Assembly: GCA_035546035.1 (NCBI GenBank)
Contig: DASZXC010000003.1
Span: 64,479-128,478, forward strand
DNA length: 64,000 nt
DNA from: Minisyncoccota bacterium
Lineage (GTDB): Bacteria; Patescibacteriota; Minisyncoccia; Phycocordibacterales; UBA6065
Direction of reading: 5' to 3'
Under the pieces are notes generated by a model. It was not told the origin of the DNA. It saw nothing but the letters and a program-made list of their open reading frames with translations, and ran no database searches. Positions 46,619-56,204 of the stretch are shown in pieces (the first letter of the stretch is position 1; each line of letters starts with the position of its first letter). A program made the position numbers and the translations under genes.

Positions 46619-47101
46619 ATGAAATCCCTGAACAAAATAGTGCGGGTCATGTCGGCCGCGGCGGCATCGTTCGCTCTCGCTTTCATTTTTACCGCTTCCG
46701 CTGCCCATGCCCAGGGAGTCCAGGGCAAAGTCGGCACCGACGACCCGACCAAGAGCGAATTCCAGGTCGTCTCCTGCAATCCGACCTATAACCCTGCGAC
46801 GGGGAAGCTCGATAACGACTGCGATTTCCAGCAGCTCGTCGCCACGGCGTATCGCATCGTCAAATACATGCTGTTCCTCATCATCCCGGTCGTCGCCCTC
46901 ATGATCCTCTGGACCGGCTTCAAATACATGACCGCGGGTGGCGACGCCAATGCCGTCGCCGACGCCAAGCGCATGCTGAAGCCGATCGCCGTCGGCGTAT
47001 TCCTCATATTCGCGGCATGGCTCATCGTCTATACGATACTCGACAAGTTCCTCGCTCCGGCCGTCGGCGATATCCAGAAGTCGAGCATCATAGGAAAATA
47101 A
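46619..47101 (+). CDS. TrbC/VirB2-like pilin
   Basis: Signal peptide; GFKYMTAGGD...AK...VG hairpin. Confidence 0.75.
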   Translation: MKSLNKIVRVMSAAAASFALAFIFTASAAHAQGVQGKVGTDDPTKSEFQVVSCNPTYNPATGKLDNDCDFQQLVATAYRIVKYMLFLIIPVVALMILWTGFKYMTAGGDANAVADAKRMLKPIAVGVFLIFAAWLIVYTILDKFLAPAVGDIQKSSIIGK

Positions 47102-47110
47102 TAGAATCAC

Positions 47111-47575
47111 ATGAAAAAGATCATTTACGCGCTCGCTCTCGTTTCGGTCCTCGTTCCGGCATTGGCGCATGCCCAGCAGCTTCAGCCGGTCGGACAGACG
47201 CCGACGCAGACTCTCGGCAATGGATCTGCCGGAGTCGGCCCTGGTTCGCAGAGCGCAGGAAATAATTCTCAATCGCTGGGGGGAAGCGACGCTCCTTCCG
47301 GCTTGGCCGCTCTTCCGAATCCTCTTTCCGGGGTGAACAGCATTTCAGACCTCATATACAAAGTGATACAGGTCGTTGTAGACATAAGCTATGTCGTCGT
47401 CGCGTTCTTCCTTCTCCTTTCGGGCTTCAAATTCATCACCGCGCAGGGAAGCGACAAGAAGCTCGACGAAGCAAAAAGCACTTTCTTCTATACTATCATC
47501 GGCGCAGCGCTCGTCATCGGCGCGCAGGTCATCGTGAGCATCCTCCAGGGCATATTCAACGGATTAAATTCATAG
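47111..47575 (+). CDS. TrbC/VirB2-like pilin
   Basis: NPL; GFKFITAQG...AK..FFYTIIG. Confidence 0.78.
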   Translation: MKKIIYALALVSVLVPALAHAQQLQPVGQTPTQTLGNGSAGVGPGSQSAGNNSQSLGGSDAPSGLAALPNPLSGVNSISDLIYKVIQVVVDISYVVVAFFLLLSGFKFITAQGSDKKLDEAKSTFFYTIIGAALVIGAQVIVSILQGIFNGLNS

Positions 47576-47580
47576 ATAAA

Positions 47581-47607
47581 AAGGCCGGACAGATGATGTC
47601 CGGCCTT
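47581..47607. terminator. Bidirectional terminator
   Basis: AAGGCCGGACA-GATGA-TGTCCGGCCTT. Confidence 0.65.
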
Positions 47608-47620
47608 GAGTTCCATCGAG

Positions 47621-48535
47621 CTATTTTTTGACCCGGATGGAAAAGCTGTCATTTCTCGAATAGAACGAGACTCCCGTCGCATCGGTCGGCAGCATGAAGC
47701 CTCCGCTCACGGGCACTTCGACGTCGATCGTCCTCCAGCCGGTCAGATTAAGACGGGCATAGAGGCCGTATTTCGCTGAAACGCTCACGCGTCCGGCGCG
47801 CACCTCGCGCGCCGAGAATTCGCGCGAGAGCTGTCCCGGGGCGAGCTCGTACATGACGTATTCGCTGCCTCTGGACGAAGCCGATCCGACGGCGACGGGC
47901 CGCAAGCCGTCTTCGTCATAGAGCGACGAGACCTGCGGGACCTGTTGCGCCGGAGGCCGCGCTTCGACGGCGACCTGGCGCTCTGCGCCATTCGCGACGC
48001 TCGCATTCGGAGGCGGAATGCCGGTCGTCCCTGCCGGAGCGGGTGATTCGACGCGGGAGCGGACTTCGGCGAGCCGTTTAGACAGATCATCGAGCGACTG
48101 GTTCAGGGCGGCCCGATTGCTGTCATTCGCGGCCGCAGCGTCTTGGAATCTCTTTCCTTGATCGATGACGGATTGGCGCGTCTTTTCGCCGTCGGTGACG
48201 ACGATGCCCGCGAGGCTGGTCACCGAATCGGTCAGAGCCTTGAGCTCTTTCTGCGATGTGAGCGCCGCGAGCGCCTGGCGCGTCTTTTCGCCGTCTTCGG
48301 CGATTTCCTTTTTCATCTCCGCCGCCGCTCCCGCCCCGTCGGCCTTGTTCGGCCGAAGGCCGAGAAGGGCGATGAGCGTGACGATGAGGAGGACGAGGGT
48401 CGCGGCTGAAACGCCGAGAACCGCGATCGCGATCGCCGGGGAGCCCCTGGTCTGGGGCTCGTCCGGATCGGTGGGGAGCCCGTCTCCCGATCTGGACCCT
48501 TCTTCAGGGGTTTCCGAGGAATGTGATGGTTTCAT
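47621..48535 (-). CDS. Membrane-anchored coiled-coil hypothetical protein
   Basis: TM helix; internal repeat DGEKTRQ x2. Confidence 0.65.
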   Translation of the reverse strand: MKPSHSSETPEEGSRSGDGLPTDPDEPQTRGSPAIAIAVLGVSAATLVLLIVTLIALLGLRPNKADGAGAAAEMKKEIAEDGEKTRQALAALTSQKELKALTDSVTSLAGIVVTDGEKTRQSVIDQGKRFQDAAAANDSNRAALNQSLDDLSKRLAEVRSRVESPAPAGTTGIPPPNASVANGAERQVAVEARPPAQQVPQVSSLYDEDGLRPVAVGSASSRGSEYVMYELAPGQLSREFSAREVRAGRVSVSAKYGLYARLNLTGWRTIDVEVPVSGGFMLPTDATGVSFYSRNDSFSIRVKK

Positions 48536-48613
48536 AAGAGTGTGCTTGTTCCGACTTTACTACGTACGGCTGTGGTATAATGTATCCACCTATTAGGAAG
48601 GAATAAAAGCACT

Positions 48614-49000
48614 ATGAAGAAAGCATTTTTGAAGCCGTCGTTGGTCCTGGGCGCGGCCCTTTCAGTCTTCGGCGCCAATGCCGCTCTTGCCGCCGACGCC
48701 TCGATATCGAGCTCGTGCAGCAACCTCGCCTCGTCGGGACTAGGCGGTCTCGTGGGCTGTATCATCGGTATCCTCGACAATATAACGGTCATCATCATCG
48801 CCGCGTCGGTCGTCTACATCATCTGGGGCGCTTTCAATATGATCAAAAGCGAGGAAAAGAGGGAATCGGGCCGCCAGACCGTCGTCTACGGCATCATCGG
48901 CCTTTTCGCTATGATCTCGATCTGGGGCTTCGTGAATATCCTCAACAATACCTTCAACCTCAAGCAGGACTACATCCAGCCTCCTAAATTCCATCCGTAA
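48614..49000 (+). CDS. Pilin-like membrane protein
   Basis: YGIIGLFAMISIWGFVN. Confidence 0.75.
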   Translation: MKKAFLKPSLVLGAALSVFGANAALAADASISSSCSNLASSGLGGLVGCIIGILDNITVIIIAASVVYIIWGAFNMIKSEEKRESGRQTVVYGIIGLFAMISIWGFVNILNNTFNLKQDYIQPPKFHP

Positions 49001-49108
49001 TATCCGTAGGGCGGATTATCCCCATATATCGTGTAGAGCCTTCTTTTTCCTGCTACAATAAAGGAGCAAAGCTCTTATCCGAGCGGCATTAATAGTTTTT
49101 TGATCACT

Positions 49109-49477
49109 ATGAAAAAATTCAGTTACATGGCGGCTCTTTCGGCGGCGCTCCCGTTCTCGGCGGCGGCCGCTCCGATAACCGACATTTGGAGCATATTCCG
49201 TTTTGTTCAGAGCCTCCTCAACACGATCCTGCCCCTCATTATCGCAGCGGCGGTCGTATGGTTCGTATGGAGCATGTTCCAGCTCTTCCTCGCGGGCGAT
49301 GCGGAAGAGAAGAAGGAGAAGGCGAAGACCAACATCATCTACGGCGTCGTCGCTATCTTCGTGATGGTCTCCATCTGGGGCCTCGTCAACATCCTCGTCA
49401 ACACGTTCGGCTTGAGCAACCAGTCTCCGACGACGAACGGCACCAACCAGCTCCCGAACATTCCGATCAACGGCTAA
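49109..49477 (+). CDS. Pilin-like membrane protein
   Basis: YGVVAIFVMVSIWGLVN. Confidence 0.75.
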   Translation: MKKFSYMAALSAALPFSAAAAPITDIWSIFRFVQSLLNTILPLIIAAAVVWFVWSMFQLFLAGDAEEKKEKAKTNIIYGVVAIFVMVSIWGLVNILVNTFGLSNQSPTTNGTNQLPNIPING

Positions 49478-49493
49478 CTAGCACGAGCGGATC

Positions 49494-49742
49494 ATGGATA
49501 CGCTGAACCAGCCGATAGTCCAAAAGCTCTTCTCGCTGGTCGTCGATCCCTTGATCCAGCTCATCTTCGCCGCGGCCGTAGTCTATTTCCTCTGGGGAGT
49601 ATTCAAATACATCCAGGCGGCGGATGATCCGGACGAAAGGATACAAGGCGGCAAGCACATCATCTGGAGCGTCATAGGGCTCTTCATCATGATCTCGGTC
49701 TGGGGAATCATAGCGGTGATCAAACGGACGATAGGGGTATAG
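49494..49742 (+). CDS. Pilin-like membrane protein
   Basis: WSVIGLFIMISVWGII. Confidence 0.75.
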   Translation: MDTLNQPIVQKLFSLVVDPLIQLIFAAAVVYFLWGVFKYIQAADDPDERIQGGKHIIWSVIGLFIMISVWGIIAVIKRTIGV

Positions 49743-49751
49743 AGCAATAAA

Positions 49752-49782
49752 AAAGGGGCGAAGCTTACGGCTTCGCCCCTTT
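49752..49782. terminator. Bidirectional terminator
   Basis: AAAGGGGCGAAGC-TTACG-GCTTCGCCCCTTT. Confidence 0.7.
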
Positions 49783-49794
49783 GAATTATCCGAA

Positions 49795-50340
49795 CTAATA
49801 GTTCGAATCGACGGTGAACGTCACATCTCCATCGGGAATGAACCTCGCATAGACCGCTTTGCGCCAGACGCGACCGGTTTGGTCGTCCAGGCGCACGAGC
49901 TTTCCGTCAGCGGAGACCTCGTAAAAGGTCTCGCTCTCGTTCCGGAACTTCCGTTTCACCCCGTTAGAGTCTTGCAACTCGTAGGTGACCTTTTCGTCCG
50001 CGGGAACGATGTGGATCCATTTTCCGACGATGCTTATCCAGGGCGACGTCGCCCCTGCCTGCACCTGGTACGGCTTGCCGATCATGAGATCGGGCATGCC
50101 GCCGACCGGGACGGGCTGGGGGATGAGGGCCGCCGGGCTTGCGCTCGTCGTCCGTTTTTCTCGCGTATCAGACATTTGTGTGTCGCCGCGCGAGCCGTGA
50201 CCTGATATTGCTACGACGCAGAACCCACCCCATAGGATAAGAAGGAAGCCTAGGAGACCGAGTGTGATCCGGTTCTTGGTCGACTTATTGCCTGAAGGAG
50301 TAGACGCCGTTTTCTGTGCGGGGCTTACTGTTGCAGCCAT
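49795..50340 (-). CDS. Membrane-anchored hypothetical protein
   Basis: One TM; coupled to upstream gene (2-bp gap). Confidence 0.65.
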   Translation of the reverse strand: MAATVSPAQKTASTPSGNKSTKNRITLGLLGFLLILWGGFCVVAISGHGSRGDTQMSDTREKRTTSASPAALIPQPVPVGGMPDLMIGKPYQVQAGATSPWISIVGKWIHIVPADEKVTYELQDSNGVKRKFRNESETFYEVSADGKLVRLDDQTGRVWRKAVYARFIPDGDVTFTVDSNY

Positions 50341-50342
50341 GT

Positions 50343-51509
50343 TTAACGGTTCCTTTTCTTTCTGTCGTTACGGTTTCCATTTCCCTGGCCTCCGCCTTGT
50401 CCGCCGCCGGCGCCGATGAAGGCGCCGGCGCCAAGAGCGACGGTTCTTGCGTGTTCCAGTCCCACGAAATGATGGACATTTTCCTGTCGGACCAACTCCA
50501 TCGCGCCGCTTATCGCCATCGCTCCTTGAAACGACAGATTAGGATCAACGCCGAGTTCTTTATATCTCCGCGTGTTCTCCTCGACAAGCTCGCCTTGAGG
50601 CTTGGCCCTTATCACTTCTTTCGCCGCGGGATCGTTACAGAGGATGCTTCGAAGCCTGGGCGAAATAACGCTTACGCCGAGCCTGTGCTCAAACTCCGTC
50701 ACCTCTCCGTCACTCTTGAAGAGTTTCCGGACCCATTGACTGACGTCCCCGGCGTGTGTGAGAAGCGTCTGGAGCTTGTACTTGCCGCCGATGATGCTCA
50801 GTCTGCTGTTCATTACCGCACGTATACGGCTTTCGCGGACTTCGGGCTTGTAGCGAAGGAAATTCCTGATCCCCTCCGCGTCTTCAAGCGGTCTCGCCAG
50901 CAATTCCCATTCCAGATCGCATTGATATGGATCGTTCGTAGAAATCCTGAGCGAAGACGTCTTTTTCTCATCCTGATCGTACATAGCAGATATCTTGATT
51001 TCGTCGTTACGGAAATCGATCGTTTGTTGGAGGCTCATCCATGGAGCGATCACGTAGAACCCGAGCTTGTAGGCAAAGAGTTCGCCCGTGAACTCGTCCA
51101 TGTAGACCTCTGCCTTCATCATGTCGACTCCGATGAGGAATCGATGGATGGTGAAGTGCATAACGATGACCGTGAGGACGAGCGTCGCCATTACGGAATG
51201 CAGAAAAACAAGTCCATAAAGGTAGCGCAAGATGCCGAACGGCACGAAGAGCACGAGCGAGACATAGATCAGGGCGATCAGAATATGATTCGTATCACCC
51301 CAACCTTTTTCGATCACCGTAACATGGACATTGTCGCCATCGGGGTCGGTTCCGGCCTTGCGGCCTTCGTCTTCCTCGATCTGGTCATAATCCGGCAGAT
51401 CGATCGCTTCTTGCGGCGTTTCCGCCGCGGGCACTATCGCTGACGTCGCTGGAGCGGCGGTCGGGGCCGCTTTCGGTTCCGTCGGTTGTTCTGGCGTTTC
51501 ATCTGGCAT
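50343..51509 (-). CDS. Membrane protein, possibly SPFH/band-7-like
   Basis: Two TMs then GFYVIAPW...FEHRLGVSV; Gly-rich tail; TTGACT-N17-TATAAT upstream. Confidence 0.6.
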   Translation of the reverse strand: MPDETPEQPTEPKAAPTAAPATSAIVPAAETPQEAIDLPDYDQIEEDEGRKAGTDPDGDNVHVTVIEKGWGDTNHILIALIYVSLVLFVPFGILRYLYGLVFLHSVMATLVLTVIVMHFTIHRFLIGVDMMKAEVYMDEFTGELFAYKLGFYVIAPWMSLQQTIDFRNDEIKISAMYDQDEKKTSSLRISTNDPYQCDLEWELLARPLEDAEGIRNFLRYKPEVRESRIRAVMNSRLSIIGGKYKLQTLLTHAGDVSQWVRKLFKSDGEVTEFEHRLGVSVISPRLRSILCNDPAAKEVIRAKPQGELVEENTRRYKELGVDPNLSFQGAMAISGAMELVRQENVHHFVGLEHARTVALGAGAFIGAGGGQGGGQGNGNRNDRKKRNR

Positions 51510-51689
51510 TTTCAATCCTTTCGTTGAGTTTCAGTGTTGAAGATGTGGTTTCTTGTCAAAAGAGCAGGGAGGGAGACCCTCCAAACTCGAACTGGTTCGG
51601 GTATAATTATATACTATTTATTGGCAAAAGTCAAATAGTATCGAGCGCCTAGCCAGGCCGCATCCAAGCCCTATTTCGGCCTTGTTTTG

Positions 51690-51771
51690 TGGGCACGGAG
51701 AGACTCGAACTCTCAATCCGTGAGGAACCGGTTCCTAAGACCGGCGCGTATACCAATTCCGCCACGTGCCC
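51690..51771 (-). tRNA. tRNA-Leu(TAG)
   Basis: CCGGT-CT-TAG-GA-ACCGG. Confidence 0.93.
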
Positions 51772-51842
51772 ATGAGAAAGAGCTTAGCACACTGATTGAC
51801 GTATGCCGACGCCTGTGTAATCTGGGGTCAAACGCTCCTTAT

Positions 51843-52184
51843 ATGCATCAAAGACCACGCTGGGGAAATTGTCTTCTCATGGCACTTCTCGCATTCGCGA
51901 AGGATCCTTTCTCTTGCAGTATCTATAGGTCCGTCGACAAGAAGGGCAGATCCCATTTCTTCTGGAGAACCGGAAAAGGATTCTTCGGATTCTGCCCTCT
52001 GCGCGAGCTGCCCGATACCAAGCTCGCCAGATATTGGTATCGGGGGGAGGGAGAGGCAGATAATCGCCTTCGTCTCTCTGGCGGAATCCTCCGCGGTACA
52101 GAAGTCCTTAGAAGGACTAATGAAGGATTTCAACCGACACGCAGCTTGAGAGCGTGCCGGTTTTTTTTATTGTCCGCCCTGTAG
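51843..52184 (+). CDS. Possible small hypothetical protein (3' end overlaps tRNA-Lys)
   Basis: MHQRPRWGNCLLMAL...HFFW; uncertain. Confidence 0.3.
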   Translation: MHQRPRWGNCLLMALLAFAKDPFSCSIYRSVDKKGRSHFFWRTGKGFFGFCPLRELPDTKLARYWYRGEGEADNRLRLSGGILRGTEVLRRTNEGFQPTRSLRACRFFLLSAL

Positions 52185-52245
52185 GGATCGAACCTACGAC
52201 CTTATCCTTAAGAGGGATCTGCTCTACCAACTGAGCTAAGGGCGG
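52173..52245 (-). tRNA. tRNA-Lys(CTT)
   Basis: Anticodon loop CT-CTT-AA; AGCTCAGTTGGTAGAGC D-arm. Confidence 0.92.
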
Positions 52246-52306
52246 ATATCTGCATTCGGCGCCTGAAAAATGTAACAGAAAAAGCGCCGCATGGCAATTT
52301 TCCGGG

Positions 52307-52393
52307 TGCCTGGGGTGGGCATCGAACCCACATGCCTTGTTTAAGGGCGAGGGATTTTAAGTCCCTTGCGTATACCAATTCCGCCACCCAGGC
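52307..52393 (-). tRNA. tRNA-Leu(TAA)
   Basis: AGGGA-CT-TAA-AA-TCCCT; long variable arm. Confidence 0.93.
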
Positions 52394-52397
52394 AGTG

Positions 52398-52469
52398 AGG
52401 CCACGGCGGGAATCGAACCCGCGCATAGCGGTTTTGCAGACCGCCGAATTACCACTTTTCTACGTGGCC
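52398..52469 (-). tRNA. tRNA-Cys(GCA)
   Basis: GCGGT-CT-GCA-AA-ACCGC. Confidence 0.92.
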
Positions 52470-52499
52470 TGTATGAAAGCCAGTATAGGATAAAGTGGC

Positions 52500-52823
52500 C
52501 TATTTCGCTAACCCTTCGTCTATGCGCTGGCGCGCTTTTTCGCCGAAATCTATCTCGAAATCGAAGAACGGAATGCGCATGAGGCGCGCCTTCTCTTTGA
52601 CATAGTCGCGGAATTCGGAGCGATTCCGTTTCAGGAAGTCGAGCGCGGCTTCTTCCTTGTCCAAAGGCATGACGGTGAAGAATATGGTGACGCGGTTCGA
52701 GCGCTCTGCGGCTTCGACGCGGGTAACAGTGATGAGCGAGGTGCGGTTCGAATTGGCCGAGAGGAACTCTGCGGCAAGGTGGCGGACGATCTCTTCGAAA
52801 CGTTCTTTTTTGAGGTCGGGCAT
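52500..52823 (-). CDS. rbfA: Ribosome-binding factor A
   Basis: LITVTRVE, RIPFFDFEID; downstream of infB. Confidence 0.88.
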   Translation of the reverse strand: MPDLKKERFEEIVRHLAAEFLSANSNRTSLITVTRVEAAERSNRVTIFFTVMPLDKEEAALDFLKRNRSEFRDYVKEKARLMRIPFFDFEIDFGEKARQRIDEGLAK

Positions 52824-52838
52824 ATCTTTAATGCGGCG

Positions 52839-54392
52839 TTATTTTTCCACGACGGTGAAATCCTCGATGACGTCGCCGGGGGCGATCTCCATCTTCGCTT
52901 CGATCATGGCCCCGAATTCGAAGCCTTGCTGGACGGATGAGGTCTTCACTTTTGCCTGCTGGAGCTCGCGGATGAGGCCGTCGCCGATGACGGTCTCGCG
53001 GCGGATGATCTTTACGCGGTGGCCGAGCGCGATCTCGCGATCGATGACCTTGCCGCCGACGATCTGCTTGTCTTTGGTGCGGCTGAAGAATTTGAGGATC
53101 TTGGCGGAGCCCATAGTCTCCTCGACCTGGACCTTCGGCGCACGCTCTTTGACGCGCTCTTCGAGCCATTCGCGGAGGTCGTAGATGATGTCGAACGTCG
53201 CCTGGGCGATGCCGAGGCGCTCGATCATGGCCGCGGCCTGGCTGTCGGTTTTGACGTTGAAGCCGACGACGAGGGCCTGGCTGTTCGCGCCTGCGCCTTT
53301 GATGTCGGATTCGGTGATGTCGCCGATGGACGCGAGCACGGTCTTGAGGCTGACGCGCTCGCTCTGTATCTTGGCGATTTCGTGCTCGATCGCTTCGACC
53401 GAGCCCTGCACGTCGGCTTTGATGATGAGGGGGAGGATGAGCTTTTCGGCTTTCTCTTCGGCGGGCGCCATGCCGGGAACGGGTTTCGGCCTCTTTTCCG
53501 CCTCTGCCGCCATCTCTACGTATTCTTCGAACTCTCTTTTATTCGAGAACGATAGGAACGAAGAGCCGACCTGCGGAGCCTTGTTCCAACCGACCAATCG
53601 GATCGGTGCGGAGAACGTCGCTTCGGTTATTTTCTTGCCTGAGTGGTTCTCGAGGATACGGGTAGGGGAGAAAGCCGAGCCTGCCGCGACGAACATGCCG
53701 GGGCCGATGGAGCCGTCCTTGATGACGAGCGTCGCCGATATGCCTTTCTTCGGGTCGCGATGCGCTTCGATGACCGCGCCTTCAGCCGGTTTAGACGCGT
53801 CGCCTTTGAGGTCCGCGACATCGGCCGACAATATGATGAGGTCGAGCAGTTCGTCTACGCCCTGGCCGGTCTTTGCCGATATCGGAACGAACGATATGTC
53901 GCCGCCGTATCCTTCGACGTATATTCCCGCTTCGGCGAGAGAGACTTTGGTGCGGTCTACGTTGGCTGCGGGCTTGTCTATCTTGTTTATAGCGACGATA
54001 AAGGGAACTTTGGCTTTCTTGATCTCGTTATATGCGTCTATCGTCTGCGGCTTTACGCCGTCTTCTGCCGATACGACGAGGATAGCGACGTCTGCGGTCG
54101 TCGCGCCGCGCTCGCGCATGCCTGAAAACGCTTCGTGGCCGGGGGTGTCTATGAACGTGATCTTTTGCGCGCCGTCTTTGGTCTGACGCTCGACTTCATA
54201 TGCCGAAATGCGCTGGGTGATGCCGCCCGCTTCGTTTTCGACGATGTTCGTCTTCCTTATATAGTCGAGGAGGGTCGACTTGCCGTGGTCGATATGGCCG
54301 AGGATAGCGACGACAGGAGGGCGCTTGGAAAGAACGCCTGCAGAAGCGCCGGAAGTACCGCCTTTATTCTGCTGTGTTTTCTTTCCTGCCAT
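52839..54392 (-). CDS. infB: Translation initiation factor IF-2 (short N-terminus)
   Basis: RPPVVAILGHIDHGKS, DTPGHEAF, KADVQGSVEA. Confidence 0.97.
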   Translation of the reverse strand: MAGKKTQQNKGGTSGASAGVLSKRPPVVAILGHIDHGKSTLLDYIRKTNIVENEAGGITQRISAYEVERQTKDGAQKITFIDTPGHEAFSGMRERGATTADVAILVVSAEDGVKPQTIDAYNEIKKAKVPFIVAINKIDKPAANVDRTKVSLAEAGIYVEGYGGDISFVPISAKTGQGVDELLDLIILSADVADLKGDASKPAEGAVIEAHRDPKKGISATLVIKDGSIGPGMFVAAGSAFSPTRILENHSGKKITEATFSAPIRLVGWNKAPQVGSSFLSFSNKREFEEYVEMAAEAEKRPKPVPGMAPAEEKAEKLILPLIIKADVQGSVEAIEHEIAKIQSERVSLKTVLASIGDITESDIKGAGANSQALVVGFNVKTDSQAAAMIERLGIAQATFDIIYDLREWLEERVKERAPKVQVEETMGSAKILKFFSRTKDKQIVGGKVIDREIALGHRVKIIRRETVIGDGLIRELQQAKVKTSSVQQGFEFGAMIEAKMEIAPGDVIEDFTVVEK

Positions 54393-54423
54393 AGTGGTGA
54401 AAAATGATACGCCGTCATCGAAG

Positions 54424-54912
54424 TTAGGTTCGAGTGGTGAGCCTGGTTCTCGCTAACGAGACCGCGCGTCGCTCTTCTTCCGTGAGGGTATTGTCTGAAT
54501 CGAATTTCGCGAGGGGCTTCGAATACACCGATACGCGCTCGCGGGTGAATATGCTCGAGAGCACCGCGCCGTCGCCGTCCTCGTTCAGGAACGCCGTCGC
54601 GAAGCTCTGTCCGCCGCCCGTCGTGCCGCCGAGACCGTCGCCGCGGAACGCGTTGAAGCGCACGGTCTCGGTCGCCTGGGTCGATCGGCGGAGGCGCCTT
54701 TCGACGTTCTTCATGTATTCTTCGATGTCCTTTCTGAACTTCTCGAGGCCGTCTATGTCCTTGTTCAGCGTCGCGATGGCCTGGCCGAGGTCGCCGCAAT
54801 CCTTGTTCTTGAACACCTTGCGGAGCGTCCATCGGAGATGGAATATGTCCGCGACGAGGCAGAGGCTGCAAACGGCAAGGACGCCTATAAGGATGTTCGA
54901 GTCGAGAATCAT
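54424..54912 (-). CDS. DUF4446-like protein
   Basis: TM, coiled coil, VRFNAF..GG.QSF, YSKP, LTEEE. Confidence 0.75.
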   Translation of the reverse strand: MILDSNILIGVLAVCSLCLVADIFHLRWTLRKVFKNKDCGDLGQAIATLNKDIDGLEKFRKDIEEYMKNVERRLRRSTQATETVRFNAFRGDGLGGTTGGGQSFATAFLNEDGDGAVLSSIFTRERVSVYSKPLAKFDSDNTLTEEERRAVSLARTRLTTRT

Positions 54913-54965
54913 GGCTCTATATTAGCCTATTTGCGGTGAATCTTCAAATGGAGTAGGTTTGAGGC

Positions 54966-56192
54966 ATGGGATTTTTCTCTAAAATATCCTCACAGAGGAT
55001 ATACGCCGACTGGGCCGCTACGACCCCTCTGCACCCGCGCGTCATACGGGCTATGGAGCGTGCTCGCGTCGCATGGGCGAATCCGAGTGCTATTCATAGT
55101 GAGGGCGTGAAGGCAAAGCACGCGCTCGAAGCTTCGCGCGTATCCCTCGCGCGCATTTTGGGCACGAAGCCCGAGGAAGTATATTTCACGTCCGGCGGTA
55201 CCGAAGCGAATGCGACGATCATTCAGGGCACGCTTCGTGCCAAGCTTGAAAAGGGCGTCAAAGACGTTCATGTCGTCACGACGGCGATCGAGCATTCGTC
55301 GGTCTTGGAAGTCGTTAAGCTTTTCGGCCAGCATGGAGTGAAGGTAACGTATGTCGCGCCGGGTGCGGACGGCGTCGTGCGCGCCGAAGACGTTTTAGCG
55401 GCTATTACGCCTGATACGGTGCTCGTCACGTGCATGTATGCGAACAATGAGATCGGTACCATACAGCCGGTTTCGAAAATAGGTGCAGGGGTGCGCAAGA
55501 TCCGCGCGGAAAGGATGGGGAAAGGGGAAGATTCGAACTTTCCGGTCTTCCATGTGGATGCTTCGCAAGCGCCATTGTGGCTTTCATGCGAGATCGAGGG
55601 CCTGCGCGCCGACGCTCTGACGCTCGACGCGCATAAAATGCAGGGTCCGAAGGGCGTCGGCGCGCTGGTCGTAAGGCGGCACGTTCATTGGGAGCCTCTT
55701 ATGGCCGGCGGCGGGCAGGAGCGTGGCAAGCGCCCGACGACGGAGTCGGTCGAGCTCATCGCCGGATTCGCCGAAGCCCTCGCCCTCGCTCATGAAGGCC
55801 GCGAAGAGCGTTCGAAAACCGCTGCCGCGGTCCGATCGTATTTTTTTGACCGCATCGCTGCTGAACTGCCGGACGCCGTTATAAACGGCTCGGTTAAAAA
55901 CCGGTTGCCGAATAACGTGAACGTCTCTATTCCCGACCTAGCTGATCCGGAATTCGCCCTACTATTCTTGGATAAAGAGGGCGTCGCGTGCTCGACCAAG
56001 AGCTCGTGCCTGAAAGGCGAAGAAGAGTCATATGTAGTGAAAGCGCTTGTCGAGGCAGGGAAGGACGCCGCGTCGAACATGTGGCGCGCCCGCAACACGC
56101 TCCGCTTCACCTTTGCACCAAACGCCGCGCGTCGGGACGTATCCTATATAGCGGAGCGACTCAAAAAACTCCCAAAAAACACCCGAAATTGA
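54966..56192 (+). CDS. iscS: Cysteine desulfurase (IscS/NifS family)
   Basis: YADWAATTP, NPSAIH, TSGGTEAN, HKMQGPKG, STKSSC. Confidence 0.92.
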   Translation: MGFFSKISSQRIYADWAATTPLHPRVIRAMERARVAWANPSAIHSEGVKAKHALEASRVSLARILGTKPEEVYFTSGGTEANATIIQGTLRAKLEKGVKDVHVVTTAIEHSSVLEVVKLFGQHGVKVTYVAPGADGVVRAEDVLAAITPDTVLVTCMYANNEIGTIQPVSKIGAGVRKIRAERMGKGEDSNFPVFHVDASQAPLWLSCEIEGLRADALTLDAHKMQGPKGVGALVVRRHVHWEPLMAGGGQERGKRPTTESVELIAGFAEALALAHEGREERSKTAAAVRSYFFDRIAAELPDAVINGSVKNRLPNNVNVSIPDLADPEFALLFLDKEGVACSTKSSCLKGEEESYVVKALVEAGKDAASNMWRARNTLRFTFAPNAARRDVSYIAERLKKLPKNTRN

Positions 56193-56204
56193 TACACTAA
56201 CCCT

